This document shows positions 46,922-56,432 of a stretch of DNA of 64,000 nt, one piece after another (position 1 is the first letter of the stretch; each line of letters starts with the position of its first letter). The notes under the pieces were generated by a model that was not told where the DNA came from, made no database searches, and saw only the letters and a program-made list of their open reading frames with translations. Source of the stretch: an uncultured Nostoc sp. (GTDB taxonomy: Bacteria > Cyanobacteriota > Cyanobacteriia > Cyanobacteriales > Nostocaceae). The translations under genes were made by a program, and so were the position numbers. The stretch spans positions 3,909 to 67,908 of the forward strand of contig NZ_CAXTNE010000006.1 of assembly GCF_964245445.1 (NCBI RefSeq), in the 5' to 3' direction.

Positions 46922-47278
46922 ATGAAAATACTCTCATCAGAACTAGTCCATTTGGGATTTGGCAAATATGTGCGTTCTGACCAAGTGACAGCAGTTATAC
47001 CAATAGAAGAGGAGCGAGGCCCAGGGCGACGAACCTTTGTTCACGTTCAAGGGCAAAGCGATCCAATTATCGCCTCTCGCGCTGAAGATACCATTGTGCG
47101 TGATTTAGTACAGGAACCACACGAGGTTACTCAAGCCCGTCAGCAGCAGGAAATTCTTCAAGATTTATTGGTTAATTTAGCTAACGTTAATTCAACTGTG
47201 CGTCGAATTAACCGTGATGAAGGCAGTTTGGATCTTGATTTGTTAGAACGACGAATTAAGCAAGTCCTTGAAAATTAA
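46922..47278 (+). CDS. Small protein with RemA/DUF370-like N-terminus and helical C-terminus
   Basis: LVHLGFGKYVRSDQVTAVI...GRRTFVHV resembles the RemA pattern NIGFGNxVxxxRIxAI...GRRTRAVI. Directly upstream of the SPL-like gene. Confidence 0.55.
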   Translation: MKILSSELVHLGFGKYVRSDQVTAVIPIEEERGPGRRTFVHVQGQSDPIIASRAEDTIVRDLVQEPHEVTQARQQQEILQDLLVNLANVNSTVRRINRDEGSLDLDLLERRIKQVLEN

Positions 47279-47315
47279 TTGTAGAAATCAGCAAACTAAA
47301 TAACGGAGAAAGATA

Positions 47316-48404
47316 TTGCTGAATACCATTACAGACCAAGTTTCAGTATCAGATACACAAACAAGATCGCCAAGGTTGTGGATACCTGAACGGGTACTGT
47401 TTACACCTGCTGCCCTAGATGAGGATTGGGGGCAGCAGATTCTTAAACGTGTGCAGTCACTCAACTTACCAATAGAAGAACTATCACAGAACCGCCTGAA
47501 GGGACTGCGCGGTGAGTCTGAGCGGGATACTTACAACATCGCCAAGCGTACCTTAGCGGTGGTTACTGCACCACCCAGTTCTTTTAAACTGAGTCCGATC
47601 CCACCTTCTGCGGATTGGCAGTTTCACATTGCCGAAGGTTGTCCTGCTCACTGTCAATACTGCTACCTAGCAGGTAGCTTATCGGGGCCACCTGTCATTC
47701 GCGCTTTTGCCAACTTACCGCAGATATTAGAGAACTTAGCGAACTACGAGCAACAGGGAAAAACCACAAGTTATGAAGTTAGCTGTTATACAGACCCATT
47801 GGGTATTGAGCATTTAACTGGAAGTCTTGCTGAATGTATCCGTTACTTTGGCACTCGTACCAATGCACATCTACGTTGGGTATCGAAGTTTGATGCTGTG
47901 GATGGATTACTCGATTTACCACACAATGGGCATACTCGTTGTCGGATGAGCGTTAATGCAGCACCGATTTCTGGTAAGTTTGAAGGTGGCACGGCATCCG
48001 TAGTATCCAGACTGAATGCATTGCGACGGTTGGCGCTACCACAAGAGCGTGGCGGTGGCGGTTATCCAATAGGCTTGGTTATCGCGCCAATTATGCCGAT
48101 AGACGATTGGCAAATGCACTATAGTCGTTTGTTTGACCAGATAAACGAGGCACTGGATTTTGACTGTGACCTTACCTTTGAGTTAATCTCACATCGGTTC
48201 ACACCTGGGTCAAAAGAAGTGTTACAAACTTGGTATCCGCAATCAAAATTAGAAATGGATGAAGCAAAACGTAGCGTCAAGCGTAATAAGTTTGGCGGAA
48301 CGAAGTACGTTTACGAGAAGGACACAATGAAGGCGTTGCGTAACTTTTTTGAGAGTGAGATTAGTAGGCACTTTCCAAATGCTGAAATTCTTTATTGGAC
48401 TTAG
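47316..48404 (+). CDS. splB: Spore photoproduct lyase (SplB)-like radical SAM protein
   Basis: CxxxCxxC motif GCPAHCQYCYL; SCYTDPLGIEHLTG aligns with SplB ACTSDIVGIDHLTH and keeps the H-donor Cys; APIMP; ELISHRFT; C-terminal KYVY. TTG start with GGAG 7 nt upstream. Confidence 0.8.
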   Translation: MLNTITDQVSVSDTQTRSPRLWIPERVLFTPAALDEDWGQQILKRVQSLNLPIEELSQNRLKGLRGESERDTYNIAKRTLAVVTAPPSSFKLSPIPPSADWQFHIAEGCPAHCQYCYLAGSLSGPPVIRAFANLPQILENLANYEQQGKTTSYEVSCYTDPLGIEHLTGSLAECIRYFGTRTNAHLRWVSKFDAVDGLLDLPHNGHTRCRMSVNAAPISGKFEGGTASVVSRLNALRRLALPQERGGGGYPIGLVIAPIMPIDDWQMHYSRLFDQINEALDFDCDLTFELISHRFTPGSKEVLQTWYPQSKLEMDEAKRSVKRNKFGGTKYVYEKDTMKALRNFFESEISRHFPNAEILYWT

Positions 48405-48450
48405 AAGACTACTTCGCTCATATAGAGTTTGAGCAAATTAATTATTGGGC

Positions 48451-48486
48451 AAGAGAGCGATCAATAGATGCGATCGCTCTCTTTTC
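48451..48486 (+). terminator. Rho-independent terminator after splB-like gene
   Basis: AAGAGAGCGATC / GATCGCTCTCTT stem (48451-48462, 48472-48483) followed by a T run. Confidence 0.65.
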
Positions 48487-48572
48487 AGGTTGCTCAGGTG
48501 CGTTAGGGTAAAGCCGTAACACATCCTACTTAAGATTTACTTTATAAATGGTGTCTTACCTTTAAAACCTAT

Positions 48573-48701
48573 TAGTCTGTCCCATTAATTCTGAGAGTTA
48601 AGAGAACGAACCGCAAAGGACGCAAAGAGCGCGAAGGAAGAGGTAAGGAAGAGAAATTTAAAAACTGATTTACTCTGCAAAATTAATGGGACAGACCACT
48701 A
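48573..48701. mobile_element. MITE-like element with 16-bp perfect TIRs
   Basis: GTCTGTCCCATTAATT (48575-48590) and AATTAATGGGACAGAC (48681-48696), TA at the flanks, purine-rich short-repeat interior, no coding capacity. Confidence 0.75.
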
Positions 48702-48801
48702 GTACAGTGCAGCATAAATCAAGCTACTATTTTAAAACTTGCAAAAGCCTTGATGCACAAAACTTTTCATTTTTGAATGCGTGACTTCCGCCTTGGGGTA
48801 C
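48702..48801. mobile_element. Second TA-flanked MITE-like element abutting the first
   Basis: Ends GTACAGTGCAGCATAAAT and CTTCCGCCTTGGGGTAC, with TA at 48700-48701 and 48802-48803. Resembles Nostoc dispersed repeats as I recall them. Confidence 0.55.
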
Positions 48802-48997
48802 TAGTATGTCTACTGCACCAAGATGAAATCTGCTGTAAGTCGAGCTATTGCAAGTTAAACTTGCACGATGCCAGGGTTGGACTACGCCCACTCAAAGCCG
48901 GATAATTTGGGCAGATTACAGGCGGCGTTATACATTAATAAGTGTATCTGCAATACCGGACTTGTTCTGGCTTAGTCTCAATAGCAAAGGTTTGGAG

Positions 48998-50479
48998 ATG
49001 TTTACTTTATCAGAAACTTCTATCCTGGCGGCAATCCTACTGGTAGCTTTAGGCATTTTGGGCTGGGGCTTTTATCGCGCCAGACCTTTTGGTAAACTGG
49101 GAATCTTAGCCTGGTTACAGTCGGTGGTGTTGATGACTCCCTGGCTCCTGTTTTTTGGATTGTTTGCCACAGGGATTTACATCAATATAGCGGGTATATT
49201 GTTCTTAGTGGTGACTTCTGCTGGATTGTACGTGTACTTGGGCAGACAGTTACGCGCAGCTGGGCAAGATGCCATCCTCAAGCAACGCGCAACAGAAAGA
49301 CTCGCTGCTGATTCCTTACTTGAAGCAAATTCCCCACAACCAAAAGTAGCAGAACTGAAACCGGAGATCCCACCGATACCAGAAGAAGACTTGAATGTAG
49401 TTAAAGGTATTTTCGGTATCGATACGTTTTTTGCTACAGAAACGATCGCCTACCAAGATGGAGCCATTTTCAAAGGCAATTTGCGGGGAGAACCAGAAGA
49501 GACTCACAACCGTCTAACTGCAAGTTTACGGCAACGCCTTGGTGATCAATATCGCCTGTTTTTAGTGGAAAATACAGACGGCAAACCAGTGGTAATCGTC
49601 CTACCCAGCCGCAATGATCCCCGGCCGATGTTGTTATCGCAAAAAGCTTTTGCAGGTATTCTGTTGATAGCGACCATTGCCACAAGTTTAGAAGCTGCGG
49701 GATTACTGTTGAATTTTGATTTCTTTGGCAATCCAGGGCGGTTTCAAGAAGCTTTGCCCATAGGCGCTGGGATATTTGCGATTTTAGTAGCTCACGAAAT
49801 CGGTCATTGGTTACTTGCTCGGCGTCACCAAATCCGCCTTAGCTGGCCTTTCTTTCTGCCGGCCGTGCAAATTGGTTCCTTTGGTGCAATTACCCGCTTT
49901 GAATCTCTGTTACCCAACCGGAAAGTATTATTTGATATTGCCTTGGCAGGGCCAGCCGCAGGTGGTATTGTTTCTTTGTTAATGTTGGTGACGGGCTTGG
50001 TGCTTTCCCGCCCAGGTAGTTTATTTCAATTGCCAAATCAGTTTTTCCAAGGGTCGATTTTGGTGGGAAGTTTGGCGCGAGTTGTCCTTGGTTCGGCGTT
50101 GCAGTCGTCGTTGGTAAGTGTTCATCCCTTAGTGATAATTGGTTGGCTGGGGTTAGTAATTAACGCTTTGAACTTAATGCCAGCCGGACAACTCGATGGT
50201 GGGCGCATTGTTCAGGCGATTTATGGACGCAAAACCGCAGGACGAGCAACAGTAGCAACTTTAATTTTACTGGCGCTAGTGTCTCTAGGTAATACTCTTG
50301 CCATGTACTGGGCGATCGTAATTTTCTTTTTGCAACGGGATCAAGAACGCCCCAGCTTGAATGAAATCACTGAACCCGATGATGCTAGAGCCGCTTTAGG
50401 GCTTTTGGCTCTATTCTTGATGATTACCACGCTTCTACCTCTAACTCCCGGTTTGGCTGGGCGTTTGGGAATAGGATAG
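48998..50479 (+). CDS. Site-2 (M50) intramembrane metalloprotease
   Basis: AHEIGH zinc motif, IALAGP, NLMPAGQLDGG. ATG at 48998 follows GGAG (ORF-track start 48848 is probably too long). Confidence 0.92.
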   Translation: MFTLSETSILAAILLVALGILGWGFYRARPFGKLGILAWLQSVVLMTPWLLFFGLFATGIYINIAGILFLVVTSAGLYVYLGRQLRAAGQDAILKQRATERLAADSLLEANSPQPKVAELKPEIPPIPEEDLNVVKGIFGIDTFFATETIAYQDGAIFKGNLRGEPEETHNRLTASLRQRLGDQYRLFLVENTDGKPVVIVLPSRNDPRPMLLSQKAFAGILLIATIATSLEAAGLLLNFDFFGNPGRFQEALPIGAGIFAILVAHEIGHWLLARRHQIRLSWPFFLPAVQIGSFGAITRFESLLPNRKVLFDIALAGPAAGGIVSLLMLVTGLVLSRPGSLFQLPNQFFQGSILVGSLARVVLGSALQSSLVSVHPLVIIGWLGLVINALNLMPAGQLDGGRIVQAIYGRKTAGRATVATLILLALVSLGNTLAMYWAIVIFFLQRDQERPSLNEITEPDDARAALGLLALFLMITTLLPLTPGLAGRLGIG

Positions 50480-50484
50480 AGTTT

Positions 50485-50661
50485 ATGGAGCCTACACCCA
50501 AACAAGCAATATCCGCAATTCGGGTGTGTGCCCAACTTACCAGAGTTTATAAAAGAATAAACCTTGTAAGATTAGACGAGCGCACCAGAAATGTTTATAT
50601 CTTGGCGAATAATTCAATCGAAGCTGAGGTAACACCAACTGGAGAAATTCTTTGGTTATGA
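50485..50661 (+). CDS. 58-aa DUF6888-like protein (not in the ORF track)
   Basis: My translation: MEPTPKQAISAIRVCAQLTRVYKRINLVRLDERTRNVYILANNSIEAEVTPTGEILWL. Its stop overlaps the next start (ATGA at 50658-50661). Confidence 0.7.
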   Translation: MEPTPKQAISAIRVCAQLTRVYKRINLVRLDERTRNVYILANNSIEAEVTPTGEILWL

Positions 50662-50849
50662 CAAAACCTAACTTTCAACAAATGCCTTTAGAGCAGCTAA
50701 GAACTTATATTTTGGAGCATCGCAACGACAATGAAGCATTCCATATCTACATTGACAGGAGACGCGCCCAATCTCCCAAACAGGTTCCGATGACAATTGA
50801 GGAAGCGGAGGCTGATTTACAGAGACGGTTTGGACAGCAAGCTAGTTAA
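50658..50849 (+). CDS. 63-aa DUF6887-like protein
   Basis: MTKPNFQQMPLEQLRTYILEHRNDNEAF matches the recurrent cyanobacterial partner of DUF6888; translationally coupled to it. Confidence 0.7.
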   Translation: MTKPNFQQMPLEQLRTYILEHRNDNEAFHIYIDRRRAQSPKQVPMTIEEAEADLQRRFGQQAS

Positions 50850-50884
50850 AAGCTCGTGACAGATTTTTAAGTGATTGGCGGTGA

Positions 50885-51045
50885 GTCAGCGCGGTCTTCT
50901 CCCAAAGGGAGAGGCTAGCGCCAAGGGGGTTTCCCCCATGAGCGACTGACGTTAGCGCAGCGTTAGCGAGCTTGCGTATCGCTAAAGCGAAAGCTCCGCT
51001 AACGCGCAGCGTCTCGTAGAGAGCGTCACCCCTTCAGGGGGTGAA
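50885..51045. repeat. Nested cluster of small palindromic dispersed repeats
   Basis: Local GC-rich island with nested inverted repeats: GTCAG/CTGAC, TCTCCC-AAA-GGGAGA, GGGGGTTTCCCCC, GTTAGCGAGCTT/AAGCTCCGCTAAC enclosing TCGC-TAAA-GCGA, TCACCCC/GGGGTGA. Confidence 0.65.
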
Positions 51046-51089
51046 CCTTCACTGAAATTAAGCGTTTCACCGACAGCTTATGAAGAAAA

Positions 51090-52352
51090 TTAACTGAATG
51101 GTTTCCAACCTGCTAGCAAATTCGGGTAAGCCGTTGGTGTAGGGAAAAGATTCTGGAAACCAGTTTGACGCTCTTGAGGCTTTTCTTTGCTCATATTCCA
51201 AAGGGTTTCATAGAAAAAGAAAGAGACTCCAGCGAAATTGCGATCGCGTACTTTTTGCACTTGTGTTTGAATCTGCTGCATCGGTATAGATCGGTTTTTC
51301 AACCCAGCCAAAATGCCCACACTGATTGGAATATGGCTTTTTGCTGCTTTCACTTCTGGATACTCTAATTCGCTAATAAAAACATTCAAGTCATCACGAT
51401 ATATCTGCAAAACTAAGTCTTCAATAATTCCCAGCCGTTCCCATTTCTGCCAGTCTGCTAAAAAGAAATCGTAGGACAAACGTTGAGGATTAGGAGCAAC
51501 AGAAACCAGGCAATTTTTTTTAGTAGCTTTAATGGCTGTAAATACCCGTTTCATAAACTCGGTGATTTTGTTAGCTCTCCAACTCACCCATTCTGGATCT
51601 TTAAAGTTTTTGGAGGGAGCTTTCCCACGATGTTCTTTTTTGTAAAGTGCCACTGTATAGGCATCGTAACCTAATTCTGATGGTAAGCCAAAATGGTCAT
51701 CAAATTGAATCCCATCAATATTGTAGTTTCTAACAATTTCAACGATTAAATCTTGGATAAACTGTTGTACTTCTGGGCGAAAGGGATTTAGCCAAACGCG
51801 ATTATGTGTCCCTTCTTTGACAATCCGAGTTCCATCACTGCGACTGGTGAGCCATTGGGAACGATTTTTAGCTAATAGAGAATCTGCTGGTGCCATGAAA
51901 CCAAATTCAAACCAAGGAATCACTGTTAAGCCTTTTTGATGTCCCACATCTACAATTTCTTTGAGGATATCTCGCCCTTTGAGTCCCGGCGTGGGATCGA
52001 GCGATCGCCCAATAATTTTGGCTGCAACTTTGCTAGGATACAATGTATATCCCCAATTCCAAACCGCCGGATATATGGTGTTAAAATTGAGTTCATCAAG
52101 GCGTTGCAAAGATCCCTTGAGGCGATCGCGCTCAAATAACACATCACTATCAATATTTGTTAACCACACCCCCCTTAACTCAGATGCTGGCGTTCGCCGC
52201 AGATTAATTTGAGCGTTCAAGGGGAACGATAGCATCACCGTAGCAACTACACTCAAGATAGCTATAACGGCAAACAAAAGAGACTTTCTGCTTTGGCGAA
52301 TATTCAACCAAGAAGGAAACTCAACACACCACTTGACAAACCTTTTTATCAT
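51090..52352 (-). CDS. Glycoside hydrolase GH10-like (DUF187/YddW family), secreted
   Basis: ELRGVWLTN, IPWFEFGF, WLNPFRPEVQ, YNIDGIQFDDHF; N-terminal hydrophobic signal. Confidence 0.88.
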   Translation of the reverse strand: MIKRFVKWCVEFPSWLNIRQSRKSLLFAVIAILSVVATVMLSFPLNAQINLRRTPASELRGVWLTNIDSDVLFERDRLKGSLQRLDELNFNTIYPAVWNWGYTLYPSKVAAKIIGRSLDPTPGLKGRDILKEIVDVGHQKGLTVIPWFEFGFMAPADSLLAKNRSQWLTSRSDGTRIVKEGTHNRVWLNPFRPEVQQFIQDLIVEIVRNYNIDGIQFDDHFGLPSELGYDAYTVALYKKEHRGKAPSKNFKDPEWVSWRANKITEFMKRVFTAIKATKKNCLVSVAPNPQRLSYDFFLADWQKWERLGIIEDLVLQIYRDDLNVFISELEYPEVKAAKSHIPISVGILAGLKNRSIPMQQIQTQVQKVRDRNFAGVSFFFYETLWNMSKEKPQERQTGFQNLFPTPTAYPNLLAGWKPFS

Positions 52353-52443
52353 TTGCTAAAGACATCATTCAATTATGAACAATCAGCATGAATAGCAATC
52401 GTTTCGATTGTAAGCGCTTACAATCGAAACGATCGCTGAGGTT

Positions 52444-52563
52444 TATGGGAACTCCAAAAAATAAATTATCTAATTTTTGGAATCAAAAGGATTTTTCCTC
52501 CCCCTGCTCCCTACTCCCCTGCCCTAAAAGTGATAGGATATTTTTTTATTTGTCAGTCCCTTA
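52444..52563. mobile_element. MITE-like element with imperfect TIRs and CCCCTGCT-type interior repeats
   Basis: TA-TGGGAACTCCAAAAAATAAATTATC ... GATAGGATATTTTTTTATTTGTCAGTCCCT-TA, directly after the stop codon of 52564-53523. Confidence 0.55.
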
Positions 52564-53523
52564 TTACTGTGCGCTGGCTATGAGATCATTCCAGGCTTTG
52601 ACTGCTGCTTGTAAATTCTTTGGCAGGTTATTTCGAGAAATATCGTTGTACTCAACCGTACCCTCTTGGCTGGTAAGAGTGTAGCCGATATAATCAGCGG
52701 CACCGCTAGGAGCTGGGTAACTCAGATTTTTGAATTTACTAAATTTAAAACGTTCTAGCGATCGCACAAATTGTTGCACCTGTTGCACAGAAACGCGGCG
52801 AACACTACGCTCAGAATCATTGGCATCACCAATCCGCACCCGGATCAATTGTCCATCTTTGAGTAAAACAGTCTCGTAACTTCTGCCAGTAATACCACCA
52901 CCGGAAATTTCCCGAAATACTACATATTGATCTAATGGTGGTGGTAACTGGCTGACTGGAATTTTCACAGGGGCCAATGGAATTGAGCTAGCTTTTTCAT
53001 TCAGCCTGAGTGCGGAACCTGTTTGATTGGTATGATAAACCAAGGTTTGTTCACCAATGCCTACAACCACCCGCCAACCTTGTACCAAAGCTTCGGTACA
53101 GAATTCATCAGCATTAGCTAATTCTAAACAGCCATTTTTCCAAGTTTGCTGTTGAAACTCAATGATTCTTAGCTGAGAAATTGGCTGTTGCAAACGTTTG
53201 GAGGCGGCTTGCAAAACAGCATTTTTTACAGATGTGGGTAATTTATTTTGCAGATTGTTTCCCAAAGCTAAATCTAGCGATCGCCCATTGTTAGGGCCTA
53301 AATCTTGCAGTACCGCGTTAGCTACTGGAAATGGCAAACGGTTTGGTTTAATATTGTCTTTGAGAAGTTCATTGCTTGTTTCTAGCGATAACTTTGCAGT
53401 AGCGCCCGTAGCACCTTTAATAAATGTTAAACCGCTAGCAACTGACAAAATTCCAGTCAAAATCAAAACAGTGAAAATTCGCGCTTGATTGGGGTTAAAG
53501 TAGTCTTTCAGCATTAATTTCAT
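52564..53523 (-). CDS. Conserved hypothetical secreted protein
   Basis: 320-codon ORF with signal-like N-terminus. W-x-x-GCL...FCTEALVQGWRVVV and YHTN motif, and C-terminal ISGGGITGR...AADYIGYTL, both typical of cyanobacterial exported proteins. Confidence 0.75.
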   Translation of the reverse strand: MKLMLKDYFNPNQARIFTVLILTGILSVASGLTFIKGATGATAKLSLETSNELLKDNIKPNRLPFPVANAVLQDLGPNNGRSLDLALGNNLQNKLPTSVKNAVLQAASKRLQQPISQLRIIEFQQQTWKNGCLELANADEFCTEALVQGWRVVVGIGEQTLVYHTNQTGSALRLNEKASSIPLAPVKIPVSQLPPPLDQYVVFREISGGGITGRSYETVLLKDGQLIRVRIGDANDSERSVRRVSVQQVQQFVRSLERFKFSKFKNLSYPAPSGAADYIGYTLTSQEGTVEYNDISRNNLPKNLQAAVKAWNDLIASAQ

Positions 53524-53685
53524 AGTAAGATTTAGTAAAGAGTTATAGGACTCATAAATAGTATCCAGCCAATAATATATAATAAAGTATACAATTCCAA
53601 AACTTCACAAGTTGGAATTAATTTAGTACCTGTCTTCTAAAACAGATATAAAGACAGACGCTGATGTAGTGATTGTTTGTTCCTT

Positions 53686-53895
53686 ATAGCGATTCTCATT
53701 TGAATAAGGGACATAGCATTCCCGTGTCCCTACGAGTATCTGTGTTCATCTGTTGTTAATTATTTTTCTGTAACTTACCCATACGGGAAGCGTTATACAG
53801 CAGATTGTAAACTTAGTGAAGTAGATAATCGTAATGGGCACAACATACCATTTGTGACCCTAGCCGTGTAGTTCATTTACCTGAAATACGCTTTA
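53686..53895. mobile_element. Two adjacent MITE-like remnants
   Basis: First begins TATAGCGATTCTCATTTGAAT and has the hairpin AGGGACA/TGTCCCT. Second (53798-53893) has imperfect TIRs CAGCAGATTGTAAACTTAGTGAAGTA / TAGTTCATTTACCTGAAATACGCTT and is flanked by TA. Confidence 0.45.
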
Positions 53896-54190
53896 TACAA
53901 ATTTTGGATAAAAATACACTTAATCAAAACGCCCTATAGCTCTACGGCAATCAAGTAAGAACTGAAAAGCTCAGGCTTCATTAGATGAGAAGTTCCTTGG
54001 AGAAGATAAGCCACACCTCTGGCTGGTAAAATAGGTTGCGAGAAAAGCTTGCAATACTTTCTGCCTCACCTTCGTAAGCAAGAGTTCAATAAAAGTAATT
54101 TTAGATAAAGAATGCTAGAGAACCGTAGCGGAGGCTTTGCTCGGCTCAAACTTACCGTATACAATATTTTGCAAGTAATCTTAGGCAATA

Positions 54191-54694
54191 TTAAGCGCTA
54201 ATCGCTTGTTGTTCAGCTTCAACTAACTGATTTTGAGGTACATCAAATCTAATAGTACTAGCTGCCCAGTCTTTTAAATCGGGTGCTAGCCAAACTAGCT
54301 TACGCAGAATTTCATCATTGACCCACAACACCAACGGAAACTGGAACTCTTTCCGAAACTGATTTCGCATAATATTAGTACTGATGATTAATTTGGTAAT
54401 TTCTATTACAGATTCTAATCCCCGTACCATCAAAGCTTCGGGTTGAGTAGCACCAATCGCAGTTGTAATAGCTGTATATAATGTGTCTGTTGCAGGTGAA
54501 AGCAGGATTTCGTGGATATCTGCTGATGAAAATTCTGTTAACACATTCAGCACTTGCTGCTGCCTTTCAACACTGTTACAACAAGCTAATATCAGTGAGA
54601 ACTCCCCACCAGAAACCATTATCGACCTTGCCAGCCTTTTAGTGGCTGCTGTGCTGCTAGTTGTGCCCTTTTCCGAATGACTTAAGCTGATCAT
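54191..54694 (-). CDS. Stand-alone copy of the N-terminal domain found on cyanobacterial STAND/TPR/WD40 NTPase proteins
   Basis: LARSI...GEFSLILACCN, ALMVRGLESV, RNQFRKEFQFPLVLWVNDEILRKLVWLAPDLKDWA. No Walker A motif follows before the stop. Confidence 0.6.
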   Translation of the reverse strand: MISLSHSEKGTTSSTAATKRLARSIMVSGGEFSLILACCNSVERQQQVLNVLTEFSSADIHEILLSPATDTLYTAITTAIGATQPEALMVRGLESVIEITKLIISTNIMRNQFRKEFQFPLVLWVNDEILRKLVWLAPDLKDWAASTIRFDVPQNQLVEAEQQAISA

Positions 54695-55352
54695 TAAAAA
54701 AATCCTACTTTGAATTTTAAAAATATCTGACCAATATTCAGTTATTTTACCCTATGTATTTTTATTCAAAAGTGTTAAACCAGTAATTTCCATAAGGTTT
54801 TTTCTCTAATACCAAACATAATACTACGTATTATCTAAGAAAGGAGGATATTGTGTATTATCCCACACTTAATAATTAAAGGATAATGTAAAGGTAGTAC
54901 CAAAATCATGTAAGTAAAAGATAATGCAAGCATAAGGAAGCAATTGGCGAATTAAAATTGTAATTATTACTGTATTCATAGATTTTGGCATCTCCCAATG
55001 GTTAAGTAATTATATTTTAATATAAAGTTAAAAAAATGCTCAGTACAAGTTTAACAATAAACATTGGGAAGTGGGAAAAAGTTAACTTGCAACTGGTTTA
55101 CTGTCGCCTATGGTAAGCTTTTTCCGTTGCCAAACCATTTCGGGACGGGTGTAGAGTGTGGAGTAGTGAAATGGGATCAGCCCAAGATGCGAAAATCTTC
55201 TTCCGTAAAAATTAACTCATCCGTTTGATAGAACTGTAGATTGAAGATGTCGCCTCATTAGTCAGAGGGCAGGGAATTGTTAGCTTTCTAAGATCAGTTC
55301 AGAACATCTAAAAATTTAACAAGTCATGCATTAAGACAAATTTGCAGGGAAA

Positions 55353-55502
55353 ATGAAACATGATGAGTTTATTGGCCAGGCGCAAAATCCCGCCCGTTTC
55401 AATACCGTTCGATTAAGAAATTTCTTGGTAGAGGCAGGCAGTCAAGTCGCAACTCTTAGAGATGTTGTGCGAATGCTCCAATTAAAAACTAAAAATTACT
55501 AA
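55353..55502 (+). pseudogene. DUF2267-like 5' remnant
   Basis: MKHDEFIGQAQNPAR resembles the DUF2267 start MKHDEFIGQVQxRA; similarity is lost after ~15 codons and the ORF stops at 49 aa. Confidence 0.4.
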
Positions 55503-55665
55503 TTAAAAATTGCAAGACGCTCCAGGATGAGCTAATGCTTCTCGACCAGGCGCTACGCGAACGCTATCATTGTGGGCTGCTGAACCCAAAATTAATTAAA
55601 AAAAGTCAAGGGCGAATACATGTAAATACTTAATTTTTTTGTAAACTAATCAGGAGTGCCACACC

Positions 55666-56316
55666 ATGCGATTCAAAGACCGGAGGTTTGCGGGTCAAGT
55701 TTTGGCTAAAGAGTTAGCCGCTTATACTAACCGCCCAGATGTTCTGGTATTAGGGCTACCAAGGGGTGGTGTACCCGTTGCCTTTGAGATTGCCAAAGCA
55801 TTAAATGCTCCTTTAGATATTTTGGTAGTACGTAAATTGGGTATGCCTGATCAAGAAGAACTAGCTATGGGAGCGATCGCTTCTGGTGGTGTGCGGATAG
55901 TCAATGAATATATAATTAGCCTGGTGAAGATATCCGATGAAGTAATTGCTAGGGTGGCAGTGCAAGAAGAACGGGAGTTAGAGCGGCGAGAACGCCTTTA
56001 TCGTTCAAATCGTCCCTTGCCGAATTTACAAGGACGCACGGTCATTATAGTAGATGATGGTTTAGCCACGGGTGCAACTATGTGGGCTGCTGTTGTGGCT
56101 GTGCGAAAGCAGCAACCCGCTCAAATTGTGATTGCTGTACCTGTCGGCGCACCCGAAACTTGCCATGAGTTAGAAGTTAAGGTAGATAAAATTGTTTGTA
56201 TCTTGACACCTAGCCATTTCCAAAGCGTTGGTCTTTGGTACGAAAACTTTCCCCAAACTACGGATCAAGAAGTCTGCGACTTACTCGCAAAAGCCGCAGG
56301 GGGTACTTCTTGCTGA
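55666..56316 (+). CDS. Phosphoribosyltransferase family protein
   Basis: FKDRRFAG, LGLPRGGVPVA, PRPP-binding motif VIIVDDGLATGAT. Confidence 0.9.
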   Translation: MRFKDRRFAGQVLAKELAAYTNRPDVLVLGLPRGGVPVAFEIAKALNAPLDILVVRKLGMPDQEELAMGAIASGGVRIVNEYIISLVKISDEVIARVAVQEERELERRERLYRSNRPLPNLQGRTVIIVDDGLATGATMWAAVVAVRKQQPAQIVIAVPVGAPETCHELEVKVDKIVCILTPSHFQSVGLWYENFPQTTDQEVCDLLAKAAGGTSC

Positions 56317-56432
56317 GGAGAGAACCCCATCCATACATATTGAGGAATTCTTCGAGAGTGAGAAACGAAGGAGTTGCTGTAGTCATCGCCATGAGTTCAG
56401 TATCTATTCCCACTTTGCTACAATTTTATCGT

